Part shown: piece after piece, positions 36,679 through 39,348 of the stretch
Layout of the letters: each line of letters opens with the position of its first letter
Position numbering within the stretch: position 1 is the stretch's first letter
From: a virus
Strand: one strand, 5' to 3'
UHGV virus genome: UHGV-0146801
DNA: 39,348 nt
Position numbers and translations under genes: made by a program
Notes under the pieces: generated by a model
Database searches by the model: none
Told to the model about the DNA's origin: nothing
The model's input: the letters and a program-made list of their open reading frames with translations, nothing else

Positions 36679-38364
36679 TTATCCTAATCCTGGCCATACC
36701 ATGACGATGATTGTCCCTGCCAGCGTCAGCAGGACGTTGGCGATTGCGTAAGTGCCCGCATAGCCCAGCGCCGGGATATTACTGCGAGCTGTATCACTGA
36801 TGATCTCCATTGCCGGCGCGCAGGTGCGTGCGCCCATCATTGCGCCGAACAACAGTGCGCGGTTCATTCGCAATACATAAGCACCGAACAAGAAGCAGAT
36901 AACCACTGGCACCAGACTGACAATCAATCCGGCAATCAACATCTGACCGCCAATCGCGCCCAGGCCGTTATTAATACCGCTACCAGCGCTCAGACCAACG
37001 CCTGCCATAAACACCATCAAGCCGAACTCTTTCACCATGCTTAATGCACCCTGCGGAATGTAACCGAAGGTCGGGTGGTTAGCACGCATAAAGCCCAGCA
37101 TAATTCCGGCGAATAACAACCCGGCAGCGTTCCCCATGCCGAAACTGAATGTGCTGAACTGGAAGGTGATCATCCCGATCATCAGCCCAATAACAAAGAA
37201 GGCGCAGAATGCCAGCAAGTCAGTGACCTGGCTGTGAATCGAGATAAAGCCGATGCGATCGGCGATGGTTTTTACCCGGCGGGCATCGCCGCTGACTTGT
37301 AAAACGTCACCTTTGTTAAGCACGACGTTGTCATCTATCGGCATCTCAATCTGGCTACGAATGACGCGGTTAAGGAAGCAACCGTGATCGGTCAACTTCA
37401 GTTGTGCCAGGCGTTTGCCAACAGCGTTATGGTTTTTAACGACCACTTCTTCAGTGACGATACGCATGTCGAGAAGGTCACGATCGAAAACTTCTTTGCC
37501 ATTACGGAAACTGGGATCGAGTCGGGCGTGGGCGTCAGGATAGCCTACCAACGCTATTTCATCGCCCATTTGTAGTACGGCATCACCGTCTGGATTTGCC
37601 AGAATCCCGTTACGCCGAATACGTTCAATGTAGCAGCCGGTTTGTCGATAAATACCCAGTTCACGCAGATTTTTGCCGTCGGTCCAGGCTACCAGCTCCG
37701 GGCCGACGCGGTAGGCGCGGATCACCGGCAAATAAACCTTACGGTTGGCATCTGTGTCCAGGCCACGTTCGCGGGCGATTTGCTGGGCGCTGGTCTGTAA
37801 GTCCTGATGCTGCAATTTCGGCAAGTAACGCGCACCAACAATCAAACTCACCAGACCGATTAAATAGGTTAAGGCATACCCGAGGCTCAGATTATCCAGT
37901 GCCAGTGAGAGCTGCCTGCTTTCCATGCCGGAATGACGCAGTGTATCGCCAGCACCGACCAGAACCGGTGTCGACGTCATAGAGCCTGCTAACATACCGG
38001 CCGTCAGGCCAATATCCCAGCCAAACAGCTTACCTAACCCTAAGGCGATCACCAGCGCACTGCCAACCATCACCAGTGCTAACATTAGGTAATTTTTCCC
38101 ATCGCGAAAAAAAATGGAAAAAAAGTTCGGTCCGGCTTCGACCCCGACGCAGAAAATAAACAGCATAAAGCCAAGATTAAGCGCATCGGTGTTAATGCTG
38201 AAATGTTGTTGGCCTAATAACAGCGATACGACTAAAACGCCAATGGAATTACCCAGTTGGATCGAACCAAGTCGTAATTTCCCGAGACATAGCCCAAGCG
38301 CGAGGACCACAAATAATAACAGAATGTAATTCCCATTTAACAATTCGGCGACGTTTATATTCAC
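36679..38364 (-). CDS. ybjL: Putative transporter YbjL (host)
   Basis: 561 aa polytopic membrane protein with central soluble domains; matches recalled E. coli YbjL. Confidence 0.8.
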
Positions 38365-38633
38365 GGAGGCTAACTTCTTGTTTACTAGTAAGCTGTTGAA
38401 AGAAATGGTAATTTACGATAATGTTTTTTACCAGAATTCAGGGCGCAGATTCATTCAGCGCACCTAAACGATAGTAAAGTAACAATATATTTTACTAGTG
38501 TAATCACATTAGGTATCAACGGCTATATGAATTGCGTTGGCCTATATTAGCATGGAATGCGAAGCGGCTTTATCTTACTGAACGCCACACTGGCGAAAAA
38601 TGTGTTCGATAGACGCAGTGTCAGGAGGAACGA

Positions 38634-39011
38634 GTGAAACATAAACAACGTTGGGCGGGGGCAATCTGCTGTTTTGTCCTCTTCATTGTGGTGTGCCTTT
38701 TTCTGGCGACGCACATGAAAGGCGCTTTTCGGGCTGCCGGGCATCCTGAAATCGGCTTGCTATTTTTCATTCTTCCTGGAGCAGTCGCCAGCTTCTTTTC
38801 ACAGCGTAGAGAAGTCCTGAAACCTCTGTTTGGCGCAATGCTGGCGGCACCCTGTTCAATGCTTATTATGCGGCTGTTTTTTTCACCGACGCGCTCATTC
38901 TGGCAAGAGCTGGCATGGTTATTAAGTGCGGTGTTCTGGTGTGCGCTGGGGGCACTGTGTTTCTTATTTATCAGTAGTTTGTTTAAACCACAGCACAGAA
39001 AAAATCAATAA
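38634..39011 (+). CDS. ybjM: Inner membrane protein YbjM (host)
   Basis: 125 aa hydrophobic protein; position between ybjL and grxA as in E. coli. Confidence 0.7.
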   Translation: MKHKQRWAGAICCFVLFIVVCLFLATHMKGAFRAAGHPEIGLLFFILPGAVASFFSQRREVLKPLFGAMLAAPCSMLIMRLFFSPTRSFWQELAWLLSAVFWCALGALCFLFISSLFKPQHRKNQ

Positions 39012-39032
39012 AGCCCTCAACGCGAGGGCTTG
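39012..39032. terminator. Hairpin AGCCCTC-aacgc-GAGGGCT between convergent ybjM and grxA
   Basis: 7-bp GC-rich stem read directly; flanked by A/T. Confidence 0.5.
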
Positions 39033-39040
39033 TCAGACGA

Positions 39041-39298
39041 TCAGGCGTCCAGATTCTCTTTCACCCATGCAGCAAAATCGGTATAGCCGCCGATATGTTG
39101 CTGATCGACAAAAATCTGCGGCACGGTTTCTACGGGTTTACCTGCCTTTTGTTGTAGATCTTCTTTAGTGATCCCTTCCGCACGAATATCAACATACTGA
39201 TACTGAAAATCATCGCGTTCATTGCTCAATTTCTCAGCCAGATCTTTTGCACGCACACAGTAAGGGCAACCCGGACGACCAAAAATAACGGTTTGCAT
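39041..39298 (-). CDS. grxA: Glutaredoxin 1 (host)
   Basis: MQTVIFGRPGCPYCVRAKDLAEKL with CPYC active site; 85 aa. Confidence 0.9.
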   Translation of the reverse strand: MQTVIFGRPGCPYCVRAKDLAEKLSNERDDFQYQYVDIRAEGITKEDLQQKAGKPVETVPQIFVDQQHIGGYTDFAAWVKENLDA

Positions 39299-39348
39299 TA
39301 TTTCTCTCCTCATAGATTTATGCCTGTAATGATCACGCTAAAATGTAT

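Noticed and set aside
1-39348. CRISPR arrays, tRNA or rRNA genes
   Set aside because: No regularly spaced direct repeats of 25-40 bp with unique spacers and no cloverleaf-like tRNA at the integration site; integration is into an intergenic terminator region, not a tRNA.

Overview
This window is a near-complete P2/186-like temperate myovirus prophage (about 35.9 kb, roughly 603..36534) inserted between the host genes rcdA/ybjK (left) and ybjL-ybjM-grxA (right), bounded by a 14-bp direct repeat. The backbone is syntenic with P2: int, a 186-type immunity region (cI, apl, cII), early genes including an orphan Dam methylase and replication gene A, then the late operons Q-P, O-N-M-L, X-Y-K-lysB-lysC-R-S, V-W-J-I-H-G, FI-FII-E/E'-T-U-D and ogr. 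Two AT-rich cargo islands interrupt it. Island 1 sits inside the lysogenic operon between cI and int and encodes a CI paralog with a duplicated N-terminal HTH domain plus a KAP-family P-loop NTPase. Island 2 sits between A/DinI-like and Q (the position of tin/old in P2) and encodes a small very acidic protein (reverse strand) and a two-gene cassette: an OLD/ABC-type ATPase followed by a SIR2-like protein. I regard the ATPase-SIR2 pair as the best candidate for an undescribed anti-phage system; I could not match it to a named system from memory. Other notable signals are a perfect LexA box upstream of a DinI/Tum-like module, a Mu-G-like invertible tail-fibre segment with a Hin/Gin-family invertase, the E/E' -1 frameshift site, and three TGT-N12-ACA late-promoter dyads. 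All calls rest on reading the translated ORFs and the DNA directly; no database search was run.
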